A program made the translations under genes and the position numbers. From Thermoproteota archaeon (GTDB lineage: Archaea; Korarchaeota; Korarchaeia; Korarchaeales; Korarchaeaceae): a stretch of DNA of 64,000 nucleotides. Below the pieces are notes generated by a model. That model was given only the letters and a program-made list of their open reading frames with translations, was not told the DNA's origin and made no database searches. The stretch spans positions 58,035 to 122,034 of the forward strand of contig WALU01000035.1 in the NCBI GenBank assembly GCA_015522685.1, written 5' to 3'. Numbering within the stretch: position 1 is the first letter of the stretch; every line of letters begins with the position of its first letter. Positions 30,422 through 39,487 of the stretch are shown here, piece by piece.

Positions 30422-30496
30422 GCCCCGGTAGCTCAGCTTGGTTGGAGCGCCGCCTTGGTAAGGCGGAGGTCGCGGGTTCGAATCCCGCCCGAGGCT
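30422..30496 (+). tRNA. tRNA-Thr(GGU) with a C4.A69 acceptor-stem mismatch
   Basis: GCCCCGG/CCGAGGC-T acceptor; CCGCC-TTGGTAA-GGCGG anticodon arm; GCGGG-TTCGAAT-CCCGC T arm; TATTTATAA about 30 nt upstream. Confidence 0.95.
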
Positions 30497-30519
30497 TCAT
30501 TTGCAAAGGGTGTGTTACA

Positions 30520-31116
30520 GTGGTACTAGCTACAGCAATTGGTGTGAAGTTTAAAGATGGAGTGGTCCTAGCAGCTGATAGGAGAGTATCTTACGGCACT
30601 TTCGTGTTGAGCAAATCAGCTAAGAAAGTTTTCTTGCTTAATGATAAGGTTGGTATTTCGACAGCAGGCTTACCGGGAGACTTTCAAGAGCTTATTGATG
30701 TGGTCAAATTTAATATGACCATATATGAATTAGACCATGAGAGAAAGGCTAGCCCAACTAATGTAGCCAAATTACTTTCTCTCTTATTATATCAAGGTAG
30801 ATTTAAGGGTATATATTACACTGAGCTTATAGTGGGAGGGGTAGAAGGGGGAGTCCTTAAGATACTGGTTTTAGATCCTGCTGGCGGGCTTATGGAGGAG
30901 AAATTCGCGGCTGTAGGCACTGGGGCTCAGATTGCCACAGGAATCTTGGAGAGAAGATATAAGGACAACTTATCTGGAGATGAGGCTTTAAAACTCGCCG
31001 AGATGTCAATGAGAGAGGCTATATCTAGAGATGCTTTATCTGGTGACGGTATAGATATGTTGCTTATATCTAAATCAGGTACAAAGGTGATATATATACC
31101 TCTCAAAACCGCGTAG
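30520..31116 (+). CDS. psmB: Proteasome beta subunit, probably the non-catalytic type
   Basis: DGVVLAADRR, G.G...A.G.LE, RD..SGDG; N-terminus reads ATAIG rather than TTTVG. Start at GTG 30520 after the tRNA. Confidence 0.9.
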   Translation: MVLATAIGVKFKDGVVLAADRRVSYGTFVLSKSAKKVFLLNDKVGISTAGLPGDFQELIDVVKFNMTIYELDHERKASPTNVAKLLSLLLYQGRFKGIYYTELIVGGVEGGVLKILVLDPAGGLMEEKFAAVGTGAQIATGILERRYKDNLSGDEALKLAEMSMREAISRDALSGDGIDMLLISKSGTKVIYIPLKTA

Positions 31117-31125
31117 GGATTTACA

Positions 31126-32241
31126 ATGAGCCTCACCAATCAAGATAGAGTAAAGAGTATGCTAATAGATCTAGCAGGAATAAAGAGTTTTAGGGGAAGA
31201 GAGGGTGAGGTGGTCTACTATATAACGGATCTTCTTTCTAGATATGCAGATAAGGTAATACACCAGCCAGTAAAGGATTGCGCTGGTAATGTAATAGCAT
31301 TTTTAAATGCAAAAAGTAAGGATAATGTTCTCTTATTAGCTCACACAGATACTTTTGAGATATATACCAACTGGACTAAGAGTCCCTGGGGTGATATAGA
31401 GGAGGACAAGTTGTACGGCCTTGGCGTATTTGATGATAAGAGCATGATTGCAGCGATGATGGAGACCTTAATTACTGCATCGAAGTGGGGCAATAGTAGA
31501 GGACTTGTATTTGCAGCTGTATGCGATACTGAAGGGTTTAGTAGAGGTACTTACGAACTGTTGAGAAGCGGCATACTTCCGAATGTAAGTAAAGCTATAG
31601 TGGCTGGACCTACAAATATGAAATTATTCAGAGGAGCTTTTGGTAGGTTCGTATTTGATGTAGATATATGGGGACTAGCTGCTCCAGGTACCGAGGAGAC
31701 GGGAATTAATGCCGTTATAGAGGCTGCTAAGATTATACTTTGGGCAATCGATCTGCCTAAGGTTGATGGTATAGGAGGTAGTGTAGCTCCATTAAGTATA
31801 AAATCCCCTGAACTAATTATAGCCCACCCAGATAGATGTTTAGTAAGGCTAGATAGGCACTATCCTCCGGGGAATGATCCTGGAGTCATAAGAAAGAAGT
31901 TCATGAAACATCTCAAGAAGACCCCAGAGCTAAAAGCCAAGATAAAGGTATCGCTGATGAAGAGGCCTACACCATTTATGGAGCCGTATGAACTAGCAGA
32001 GAACGATGATTTCATAGAGGAGATTCAATCTATAGTAGAGGAGGTGATAGATAAGAGATTAAATGTTGATATTTACAGGACGGTATCTGACGCGAATTAC
32101 CTTTATAGGATGAAGGGAATAAAATCTGTAATATTTGGACCAAGAGGAGGAAATCATCATTCAGCTGATGAGTATGTATCTCTACCATCAGTGTATAAAG
32201 TAGCTGAAATTCTTGCCCACTTGTTTAAACCACAGGGTTAG
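31126..32241 (+). CDS. M20/ArgE-DapE family protein with degenerate active site
   Basis: LAHTDT, LYGLG..DDKS, SDAN, FGP, H.ADEYV; DTE in place of DEE and GPT in place of EPT. Confidence 0.8.
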   Translation: MSLTNQDRVKSMLIDLAGIKSFRGREGEVVYYITDLLSRYADKVIHQPVKDCAGNVIAFLNAKSKDNVLLLAHTDTFEIYTNWTKSPWGDIEEDKLYGLGVFDDKSMIAAMMETLITASKWGNSRGLVFAAVCDTEGFSRGTYELLRSGILPNVSKAIVAGPTNMKLFRGAFGRFVFDVDIWGLAAPGTEETGINAVIEAAKIILWAIDLPKVDGIGGSVAPLSIKSPELIIAHPDRCLVRLDRHYPPGNDPGVIRKKFMKHLKKTPELKAKIKVSLMKRPTPFMEPYELAENDDFIEEIQSIVEEVIDKRLNVDIYRTVSDANYLYRMKGIKSVIFGPRGGNHHSADEYVSLPSVYKVAEILAHLFKPQG

Positions 32242-32243
32242 AA

Positions 32244-33365
32244 ATGATTTCTCAAGATTTTCTCATAGATTTTCTCATCTTCTGGGCTGCTGTCTATGCA
32301 ATCGGATCTGTCACGAGCAGATACTTAGGGAAACGTAGATTAAAGGTCAATATATTTTATATAGAGTTGTCATTTCCTCCAGAGAGTTTTTCTAGCGTGT
32401 TTAGACCATTGGGTAGAATAGTCGGCCCTCTTTTCAAGCTAGGCATAATCTCCTTACTTGCGCTTTCCGCAATAACATTTATTTATATGATTCAAATAAC
32501 AATTAGTGCCATTTCTGGGCCTAAGGTAGCCGGAATAGTGCCAGTTATACCGGGAGTGACTTTTGAATTGAGTGCACCTGTTCTTCTCTCGATATTCATC
32601 GTCTTAGTTGTCCATGAATTTGGGCATGCTGCTGCAAGCACATATGTGGGTGTCCAGATAAAGAAGATTTCTTTTTTCATTCTATTTCTCTTTATAGGAG
32701 CATTTGTGGAACCAGATGAAGATTCTATAAAGAGACTTGATCCTGTACGTAGGATGGGAATCTACTCCTCTGGCATATTCATGAATATTCTAACAACATT
32801 GCTTGTAGTTATAATAGCACTTTCTATATTTCCTGGATTTCTCTATTCTCCATCCGGCGCCTATGTAGAAAATGTTTTTCAAAATGGTCCATCATATGGT
32901 ATACTGCCCAATAATGTAGTAATCAAGCAGATAGGAAGGTATAAGGTTACGGATCTTAAGTCTCTGATAGAAGCGCTGAGAGAGTATCGTCCAGGGGAGA
33001 GTGTTCAAGTAATTACAGATCGAGGATCATTTATAGTTAAGTTAGGGCCTAGACCAGATAACCCTAGTATGGCATTTTTAGGCGTTAGGCTCTCCTCTTT
33101 CCCATATTATTCCCCAATAATACCCCTTCCTAGTTATATTATTATCCAACTTATAGAATTATTCTACTTTCTTTTACTCTTCAACATAGGATTAGCGGGC
33201 CTAAACGCCCTGCCAATGCTACCATTGGATGGTGGTTTAGTTCTATCAGAACTGCTAACGATCTATCTCGGGAATGAAACATTGGCGAGAAAACTGACTT
33301 GGGCTGTATCAGCCCCTCTGGCTTTAATATTGGTATATAATGTGCTATTATTTTTCTTGAGTTGA
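32244..33365 (+). CDS. Site-2 protease (M50) with PDZ-like domain
   Basis: HEFGH, GAFVEPDE, NALPMLPLDGG; soluble PDZ-like insert. Confidence 0.93.
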   Translation: MISQDFLIDFLIFWAAVYAIGSVTSRYLGKRRLKVNIFYIELSFPPESFSSVFRPLGRIVGPLFKLGIISLLALSAITFIYMIQITISAISGPKVAGIVPVIPGVTFELSAPVLLSIFIVLVVHEFGHAAASTYVGVQIKKISFFILFLFIGAFVEPDEDSIKRLDPVRRMGIYSSGIFMNILTTLLVVIIALSIFPGFLYSPSGAYVENVFQNGPSYGILPNNVVIKQIGRYKVTDLKSLIEALREYRPGESVQVITDRGSFIVKLGPRPDNPSMAFLGVRLSSFPYYSPIIPLPSYIIIQLIELFYFLLLFNIGLAGLNALPMLPLDGGLVLSELLTIYLGNETLARKLTWAVSAPLALILVYNVLLFFLS

Positions 33366-34393
33366 TTAGATTGCCGAATCCATTCAAACAAGCTGCAGTA
33401 CCTTTAGATGTAGATGATATTTTAGATATATCATTTAAAAGAGCTTTCAAGAAATTAAAGCCAAGAAAGAGCAAAGGAGATAAACTTCTCATTTACAAGG
33501 CAAGAGAAATATCAAGAATACAAGTGATATCGGATACTTTAACAAGTAGATTGAATAAAGTTGTTAAGAAGTTTCCCAATATAGACAAATTAGATTCCTT
33601 CTATAGAGAATTGCTTGATGTGCTAGCGAGTATCAATCGAATTAGGCACTCATTAGGAGCCATCCAATGGGCTTCTAAACTAGTAAAGAGATTATCTAGG
33701 ATATACATCATTAGAATAAGGAAATCAAATGATCTTGATCTCATGGTACAGCTAAGAAAGGAAGCTCTTGGTAGAATATCCTCTGTTATTAAGAGAGTAA
33801 GTCCAGAAATAAATTTCTTAAGGGAGGTAATACCTACTCTAAGAGATTTACCTGACTTAGATACCGAGGTAACAGCTGTAATAATAGCAGGAATGCCCAA
33901 CACTGGAAAAAGTACATTACTATCCAGATTAACTACACAGGTACCTGAGATAGCTCCTTATCCTTTTACAACTAAGGGATTAATTATCGGACATGGAGAG
34001 TTAAATGGCGAGAAAATACAATTTATAGATACTCCTGGTTTGCTAGATAGACCACTATTTAAGAGGAATAGGATAGAATTACAGGCTATAGTAGCTCTAA
34101 AATATTTGAGAGGAATCGTGTTGTATATCTTTGATCCAACAGAGATATGTGGATATTCTATAAGGGAACAAGCTTCTCTACTAGAAGATCTCAAAAACTC
34201 TTTAAAGCAATTTATTATAGCTATCGTGAATAAAGCAGACTTAGAAAGGGAGTATAGAGAGAATTTCGAAAAAGTATCTGATTATTTGAGAAGGAGGAAT
34301 ATGAAATTCATAAAAATATCAGCTGAAGAAGGGATGGGATTACCAATGCTAAAGAAATTCCTATCTTACAATCTAAAGGAGGAAGTTGAATGA
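33362..34393 (+). CDS. NOG1-family GTPase
   Basis: GMPNTGKS, YPFTTK, DTPGLLDRP...RN.IE, NK.D. Confidence 0.93.
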   Translation: MIRLPNPFKQAAVPLDVDDILDISFKRAFKKLKPRKSKGDKLLIYKAREISRIQVISDTLTSRLNKVVKKFPNIDKLDSFYRELLDVLASINRIRHSLGAIQWASKLVKRLSRIYIIRIRKSNDLDLMVQLRKEALGRISSVIKRVSPEINFLREVIPTLRDLPDLDTEVTAVIIAGMPNTGKSTLLSRLTTQVPEIAPYPFTTKGLIIGHGELNGEKIQFIDTPGLLDRPLFKRNRIELQAIVALKYLRGIVLYIFDPTEICGYSIREQASLLEDLKNSLKQFIIAIVNKADLEREYRENFEKVSDYLRRRNMKFIKISAEEGMGLPMLKKFLSYNLKEEVE

Positions 34394-35424
34394 AAGAGGT
34401 CTTCTTTCTCTCAGGAGAACATCCTCCCCTCCCAGAAGAAGAAGTGAAGGCAGTACTAGAATCATATGGGGTTGAGTATAAGGTAGTGATGAAAGTGGAT
34501 TCCGCACTCGTTCTGGATATTGATATAAAGCATCCTATTCGAAAATCATTGAGAGATAGGCTAGCCTTCACAAAATCTTTTGGAAGTTTACTAGCTATAC
34601 TAAAGCCTGAGGACCTAACTAGAAGGAAGCTTGATGATATCAATCCTCCAAGGATTACAGGAAAATTTCGGGCTACAGCAGTAAGAGTTAGAGGATGTTG
34701 TAAATGGATAAGGAGATCAGACCTAGAGAAGGAGATAGGATCTTGGATCCTTTCAAGAAATCAGAGAGCTAAAGTAGACTTAAGTAATCCAAATGCAGAG
34801 ATAATCGCTTTACTTACTTCTAACATGATTATCATCCTTCTAAAGGAATATGAGATCGATAGGACCTTATTCAAAATAAAAGAGGTTGCAGCTAGACCTT
34901 TTGTCCATCCAGCATCTATGAGACCTACCCTAGCTAGAGCCATAATCAACCTAGCTAGAACTAGGCCGGATGATATGGTATTAGATCCATTCGTTGGAGT
35001 TGGTGGTATAGCTTTGGAGATATTATCTATTGGCGCTAAGGTGATAGGTGCTGACATAAGCGATAGAATGTTGTTTGAGACAAAGAATAATCTAATCGCC
35101 TATGGATTTCTGGAGGGATTTAAGCTGATATCTGGAAATGCCCTTGATCTGAATTTGGAGGAGAAAGTTGATAGAATAGTCACGGATCCACCATATGGTA
35201 GGATAAGCAAGCCGATCGGCTTTAGCTCCAGCGAGTTAGTGAGAAGATTTATCAAGAAGTCACCTGAATACCTTAAGAAGGGAGGTTGGATTGCTATATC
35301 TGTCCCTGAAGGACATTTAGATGAGCACCATTTCCTTGACTCAGGGTTTGAACCGATTCAGAGTTTCTATGTAAGAGAGCATAGATCTTTGACTAGGCAC
35401 CTATGGACAGCGAGGTTACCTTAG
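34390..35424 (+). CDS. trm11: tRNA (guanine10-N2)-dimethyltransferase with THUMP domain
   Basis: LSGEHP.LP..E, VDL.NP, RPF.HP.SM.P.LAR, LDPF.G.GG, TDPPYG. Confidence 0.88.
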   Translation: MKEVFFLSGEHPPLPEEEVKAVLESYGVEYKVVMKVDSALVLDIDIKHPIRKSLRDRLAFTKSFGSLLAILKPEDLTRRKLDDINPPRITGKFRATAVRVRGCCKWIRRSDLEKEIGSWILSRNQRAKVDLSNPNAEIIALLTSNMIIILLKEYEIDRTLFKIKEVAARPFVHPASMRPTLARAIINLARTRPDDMVLDPFVGVGGIALEILSIGAKVIGADISDRMLFETKNNLIAYGFLEGFKLISGNALDLNLEEKVDRIVTDPPYGRISKPIGFSSSELVRRFIKKSPEYLKKGGWIAISVPEGHLDEHHFLDSGFEPIQSFYVREHRSLTRHLWTARLP

Positions 35425-35425
35425 C

Positions 35426-36334
35426 ATGAAGGTTAGGTTCTTAGGAACGAGCTCAGCAATACCTACAGGTAGCAGGGGCTTACCTGCTATACTAATTAAA
35501 ACAATGGATGATTCTATATTGCTAGATTGCGGTGAAGGAACACAGAGACAGATGATCAAAGCAGGAGAAAGTTTGATGAAGATACGTAATGTTATCATCA
35601 CTCATTTACATGGGGATCACTTCTTTGGTCTTCTTCCGCTAATTCAGACATTAGGGATCCTCAGAAAGAACTCAGAGCTTCATATAATAGGGCCTTCTGG
35701 TTTAGAGGGCATAATTGGGGAGATAGAATATATAATGGGTTCTAAACACCAGTTTAAGACGTCCTTCACTGAAATAGAGACAAAAAGGATATATAAGCTT
35801 AACAAATTCATCTTAGAATTCTTCCCGGTAGATCATGCAGGTTTTGAGACATATGGAGTAAAGATTAGAGAAAAAGAAAAACCTGGCCGTTTTAATCCCG
35901 AGAAAGCGGATGAGCTTGAGGTACCGCCCATCCTCCGAGGAATACTTCAGAGAGGCTTCTCCGTCAAGCTTCCAAATGGAAAGATAGTAAAGCCACAGGA
36001 GGTAATGGGCCCACCTAGGAAGGGGCCTATTATAGTTTACTCGTCAGATACTAGGCCAGTAGAATCCGTAGTAAGCAAGGCGAAAGGAGTAGATATGTTA
36101 ATTCACGAAGCTACATATTTACACGATTTGAGGGATAGAGCTATGGCTACTGGTCATAGCACCGCTCTAGAAGCGGGGGAAGTTGCTAATGCTGCCAATG
36201 TGAAGAAGTTGATTCTTACCCACTTTAGTGCTAGATATAAGGAAGAAGACTTAGTAAAATTCAAGAAAGAAGCATCTAACATCTTTAAAGGAGAAATTGT
36301 AATAGCTAAAGATTTTTTAACGATCAGCCTCTGA
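35426..36334 (+). CDS. rnz: Ribonuclease Z (tRNA 3' endonuclease)
   Basis: FLGT...P, DCGEGTQ, THLHGDH, exosite, SDTRP, HEAT, GHST, THFSARY. Confidence 0.95.
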   Translation: MKVRFLGTSSAIPTGSRGLPAILIKTMDDSILLDCGEGTQRQMIKAGESLMKIRNVIITHLHGDHFFGLLPLIQTLGILRKNSELHIIGPSGLEGIIGEIEYIMGSKHQFKTSFTEIETKRIYKLNKFILEFFPVDHAGFETYGVKIREKEKPGRFNPEKADELEVPPILRGILQRGFSVKLPNGKIVKPQEVMGPPRKGPIIVYSSDTRPVESVVSKAKGVDMLIHEATYLHDLRDRAMATGHSTALEAGEVANAANVKKLILTHFSARYKEEDLVKFKKEASNIFKGEIVIAKDFLTISL

Positions 36335-36341
36335 ATCTACT

Positions 36342-36824
36342 CTATTTGCTTCCAAAGAGAAGATCATGAACTGTCGCCTCCTCAATAGGTCTTCCCCTCT
36401 CGGTCTTAGGTACAAGCCAGTTGGCTAGTACTATAGGATTTCCTTCATATTCTATCTTAAGTAGTATTACGCCTAGAGGAGATATCTCTTCTCTATCACA
36501 TAATCTTACCTTGCCGTTGTATGCCGCCTGTTTATGGAACCTCAAAGGCCTTAGTTCATGCTTTCTAGTTAACAGTAGGCTCCTAGCTGTATCTAAAACT
36601 CTATTATTTCTAAGTGAAGATCTGAGCTTTATTAGAGGCTCATAACCCTCCTTTCTAATAATTATCTGCTTTATTTCATCTCCTATCATCTCAACGTCAT
36701 CTACTTCTTCATTAAAGGGGATTATTGTGTTAATAGCATGGAGGACTTTCTTTGGATCTTCTGTAGGATAAATCTCTGCCTCAGCTGTCAATTTAATATC
36801 TATCCTATTTTCAGATAGTCCCAA
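36342..36824 (-). CDS. UPF0201 / DUF54 RNA-binding protein
   Basis: IYPTED..KV..A, LDTAR..L, KQAA..G, SPLG.I. Confidence 0.8.
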   Translation of the reverse strand: MGLSENRIDIKLTAEAEIYPTEDPKKVLHAINTIIPFNEEVDDVEMIGDEIKQIIIRKEGYEPLIKLRSSLRNNRVLDTARSLLLTRKHELRPLRFHKQAAYNGKVRLCDREEISPLGVILLKIEYEGNPIVLANWLVPKTERGRPIEEATVHDLLFGSK

Positions 36825-37210
36825 TTCTCGACCCTCCTCCTAGTAAAGCTCTCTAATTCTTCTATGAGAGGGGGGAATTTCAGAGAGATATATTGTTTTC
36901 TAGGAAAATCATCTAGCTTCCCTCCCAATTCTGTTATTACTTTTTTCAATCTTTTATAAAGTAATACGCCTTCTCTATCGAAATCTGTTAGAATAATGAA
37001 AGTCTTACCTCCTACTCTCTTACACCCTTCATTCTTAATATCTCTAAGTAGAAGGGATGCCAAGGTGAATTTTCCCTTAATACCCACTCCTTTTAGTGCC
37101 TTCACATCCCTAGATCCCTCAACTACTATTTCAACGTCTAAAGGAGAAGATCTAGCGTTCAGCATATTTACCCATTGAGCAATATAACTTATGAGAATCT
37201 TTGACCTCAA
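36800..37210 (-). CDS. Small TOPRIM-domain protein
   Basis: VVEG.RD and ILTDFDREG. Confidence 0.8.
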   Translation of the reverse strand: MRSKILISYIAQWVNMLNARSSPLDVEIVVEGSRDVKALKGVGIKGKFTLASLLLRDIKNEGCKRVGGKTFIILTDFDREGVLLYKRLKKVITELGGKLDDFPRKQYISLKFPPLIEELESFTRRRVENWDYLKIG

Positions 37211-37294
37211 ACAGATCTCCTATCGACTAGAGCCGGTATATGTTAATAAGATTATTTAGGGTGTTTTGTATATATATTGGGATGGTGAAGTACG

Positions 37295-38467
37295 ATGAAA
37301 CGGAATGCAACAGTGCTAGTCATTATACTATTACCCATAATGATATCTTCTTTACTCGCACCGGTTATGGAGATCTCCGGTGAGCCGAGCAAGAGTGCCT
37401 TTATAAATAGAATGAATGTTAATGCTGGGCTTCTCGAGAATTCCTCCGTAAGAGTAACAATAATTGCTGAAATTTTGGTACCAAGTGGATGTAATGGAAC
37501 TATCAACTCGATTGCATTTCCTGTAGTACCTGTAGGAATTGCCATGGAGAATCCAGAGAAGGGGATTCAGAACTACAAGGTTCTATTGGGTGACATAACT
37601 GTAAAGAAAATTAAAACTGAGTCCTTCAGTGATGTGTTGCTTGTTAAGTTCCTTAGAAAGTTAAAACCCGGAAATGCGACTAATATATCGTTTACATTCA
37701 CTCTCAAGCCATCTACAGCATTGGTAAGATTATCGGATAGTAGGTACAGGTTTGCTTATAGAATGTACATGCCTAACATTACTGTTTACTATAACACTTC
37801 TACTATGAGGACAATACTTCCTTATGGGGCAGGCATAACTAAAGTTGGATCTAATGGTATAGTTGAGATGGATTCTCTCTCTGATAGACTAACTGCAGTG
37901 TGGAAAACTTTTGGACCACCAAGAGGAGCTGGTTGGGACTTTATCTTAGAATTCAAGATTTTAAATGAAGTTCCAGTCATAGCTTCTCCTGAGACTACCT
38001 CTTCGGCTAATATAACAGTTACAAAAAAGGAGAATTTCTTCTCTCTTTCAGAGTTAATGCTCCTAATTATAATTTCAAACATCATAACAGGAGCTTCAGC
38101 TCTAGCTTTTTACAAGAGAGCCATCAAAAGGAAGACAATCGTAGAGAGATGGACTGATGAAGAAAAGGAGCTCACATTAAGTGAAGAGGATCTATTGAGA
38201 TATAGAGACTTAATTGAAAAATTGGATAGAGATGAGAGAGATATAGTGAATATATTAATGAGTAAAAATGGAAAGATGGAACAAAAAGAATTACCAGGAT
38301 TAACTGGCTTCTCGAAGAGCAAGGTTTCTAGGATGCTAAAAAGACTTGACTCTCTTGGCGTAGTAAAGAGGACATCTTTAGGTAAGACAAAGATGATAGA
38401 GCTCAATCCGGCATTGAAAGAAGTACTTAGGGATGAAAGCGAGTCCCATGCGGAGGGTGGGATTTGA
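37295..38467 (+). CDS. Membrane-anchored protein: extracellular domain, TM helix, cytoplasmic winged HTH
   Basis: Signal peptide, many NxS/T sequons, TM (LMLLIIISNIITGASALAFY), then E..IV..L....G...QKEL...TGFSKSKVSR.LKRL...G.V.R...G. Confidence 0.8.
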   Translation: MKRNATVLVIILLPIMISSLLAPVMEISGEPSKSAFINRMNVNAGLLENSSVRVTIIAEILVPSGCNGTINSIAFPVVPVGIAMENPEKGIQNYKVLLGDITVKKIKTESFSDVLLVKFLRKLKPGNATNISFTFTLKPSTALVRLSDSRYRFAYRMYMPNITVYYNTSTMRTILPYGAGITKVGSNGIVEMDSLSDRLTAVWKTFGPPRGAGWDFILEFKILNEVPVIASPETTSSANITVTKKENFFSLSELMLLIIISNIITGASALAFYKRAIKRKTIVERWTDEEKELTLSEEDLLRYRDLIEKLDRDERDIVNILMSKNGKMEQKELPGLTGFSKSKVSRMLKRLDSLGVVKRTSLGKTKMIELNPALKEVLRDESESHAEGGI

Positions 38468-38533
38468 ACCCACGCACCCCTAAGGGAGCGGATCTTGAGT
38501 CCGCCGCCTTGGACCTGGCTCGGCCACCCCCGC
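38449..38533 (-). tRNA. tRNA-Leu(CAA); no intron, no encoded CCA
   Basis: Anticodon arm GCGGA-CTCAAGA-TCCGC; differs from tRNA-Leu(UAA) at 4 positions. Confidence 0.97.
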
Positions 38534-38558
38534 CATAAGAAGAATCAGCCTAGGCAAT

Positions 38559-39413
38559 TTAAAGGTTTTGTGGCGATATTCCTGTCTTTAAATAATCCAT
38601 TATACCTGTAAGCCTCCTTGGTACCATTCTTCTTGTAATCCTTCTATAAAAATTAGTAGGATTTGGAGATAACCTTACAAATATTGCCTTGGCATTAGAA
38701 CCGGAAATCTTTATAGGAGGAGACATTTTAATTGGAGATAGACCATCAGCTATAGCATAGACATATGGCTCTGAGGACCAAATCTCTACTTTCAAGTTTA
38801 AGGGAATAACGAATGATTTTACGGCCAGAGCGAGGCTTGGAGGCCAAGGAGCTACATAAGATACAATCATATCTTTAGATCTTGGATCTAGTAGAGGACC
38901 TCCTGCAGCAAGGGAATACGCTAAAGATCCGGTAGGCGTGGATATTACGACACCATCACATATACATTCTCCTGCAGGTACAGAATCGACAGCTATTCCA
39001 AGCCTAGATGATTTTCCCATTTTCCCGCTCCTTATGAGGAGCTCATTTAGGGCTATTAGTTTAGGTCTTCCTCTAATTTCTATTGTACTCGCTTGTTCAA
39101 GCCAGTACATCCCCTTTCTTAATATATCAGGTAAATAACTCAATTTATCCGAGTCGACTTCCAGTAGGGTGCCGTATGTACCATCCTTTATACCAAGTAA
39201 TGGAACTCTTCCCTGTATTTGATGGAATGCTCGAAGGAGTGTACCATCACCACCAACTATTATAGCTATGTCAGGCGCAGAACTTTGGTCCACTATGCTT
39301 ATACCCGCAGAAACCAAGGTTTTCTCTATAGTCCCAGCCAATTTTAAGGTTTTCTGCTTATCTCTGTTATATATTAATGATACTTTGTCTACTGGAGAGC
39401 CTTTCACTAGCAT
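38559..39413 (-). CDS. nadK: NAD kinase
   Basis: GGDGTLL, ALNE, DG...STPTGS.AYSLAAGGP. Confidence 0.93.
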   Translation of the reverse strand: MLVKGSPVDKVSLIYNRDKQKTLKLAGTIEKTLVSAGISIVDQSSAPDIAIIVGGDGTLLRAFHQIQGRVPLLGIKDGTYGTLLEVDSDKLSYLPDILRKGMYWLEQASTIEIRGRPKLIALNELLIRSGKMGKSSRLGIAVDSVPAGECICDGVVISTPTGSLAYSLAAGGPLLDPRSKDMIVSYVAPWPPSLALAVKSFVIPLNLKVEIWSSEPYVYAIADGLSPIKMSPPIKISGSNAKAIFVRLSPNPTNFYRRITRRMVPRRLTGIMDYLKTGISPQNL

Positions 39414-39487
39414 TGCATGAATTCAACAGTTGGGCTTATTTAACATGCTTTCCATTACTCATGGTGTACATATTGATATCAAGAAGA

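Noticed and set aside
30418-30519. N-terminal extension of the proteasome beta ORF (MGPGSSAWLERR...)
   Set aside because: It is tRNA-Thr read in frame; the real start is GTG 30520.
2410-38533. Near-identical tRNA-Leu copies as attL/attR of a 36-kb element
   Set aside because: Both are complete genes with different anticodons, and the interval is core housekeeping genes.
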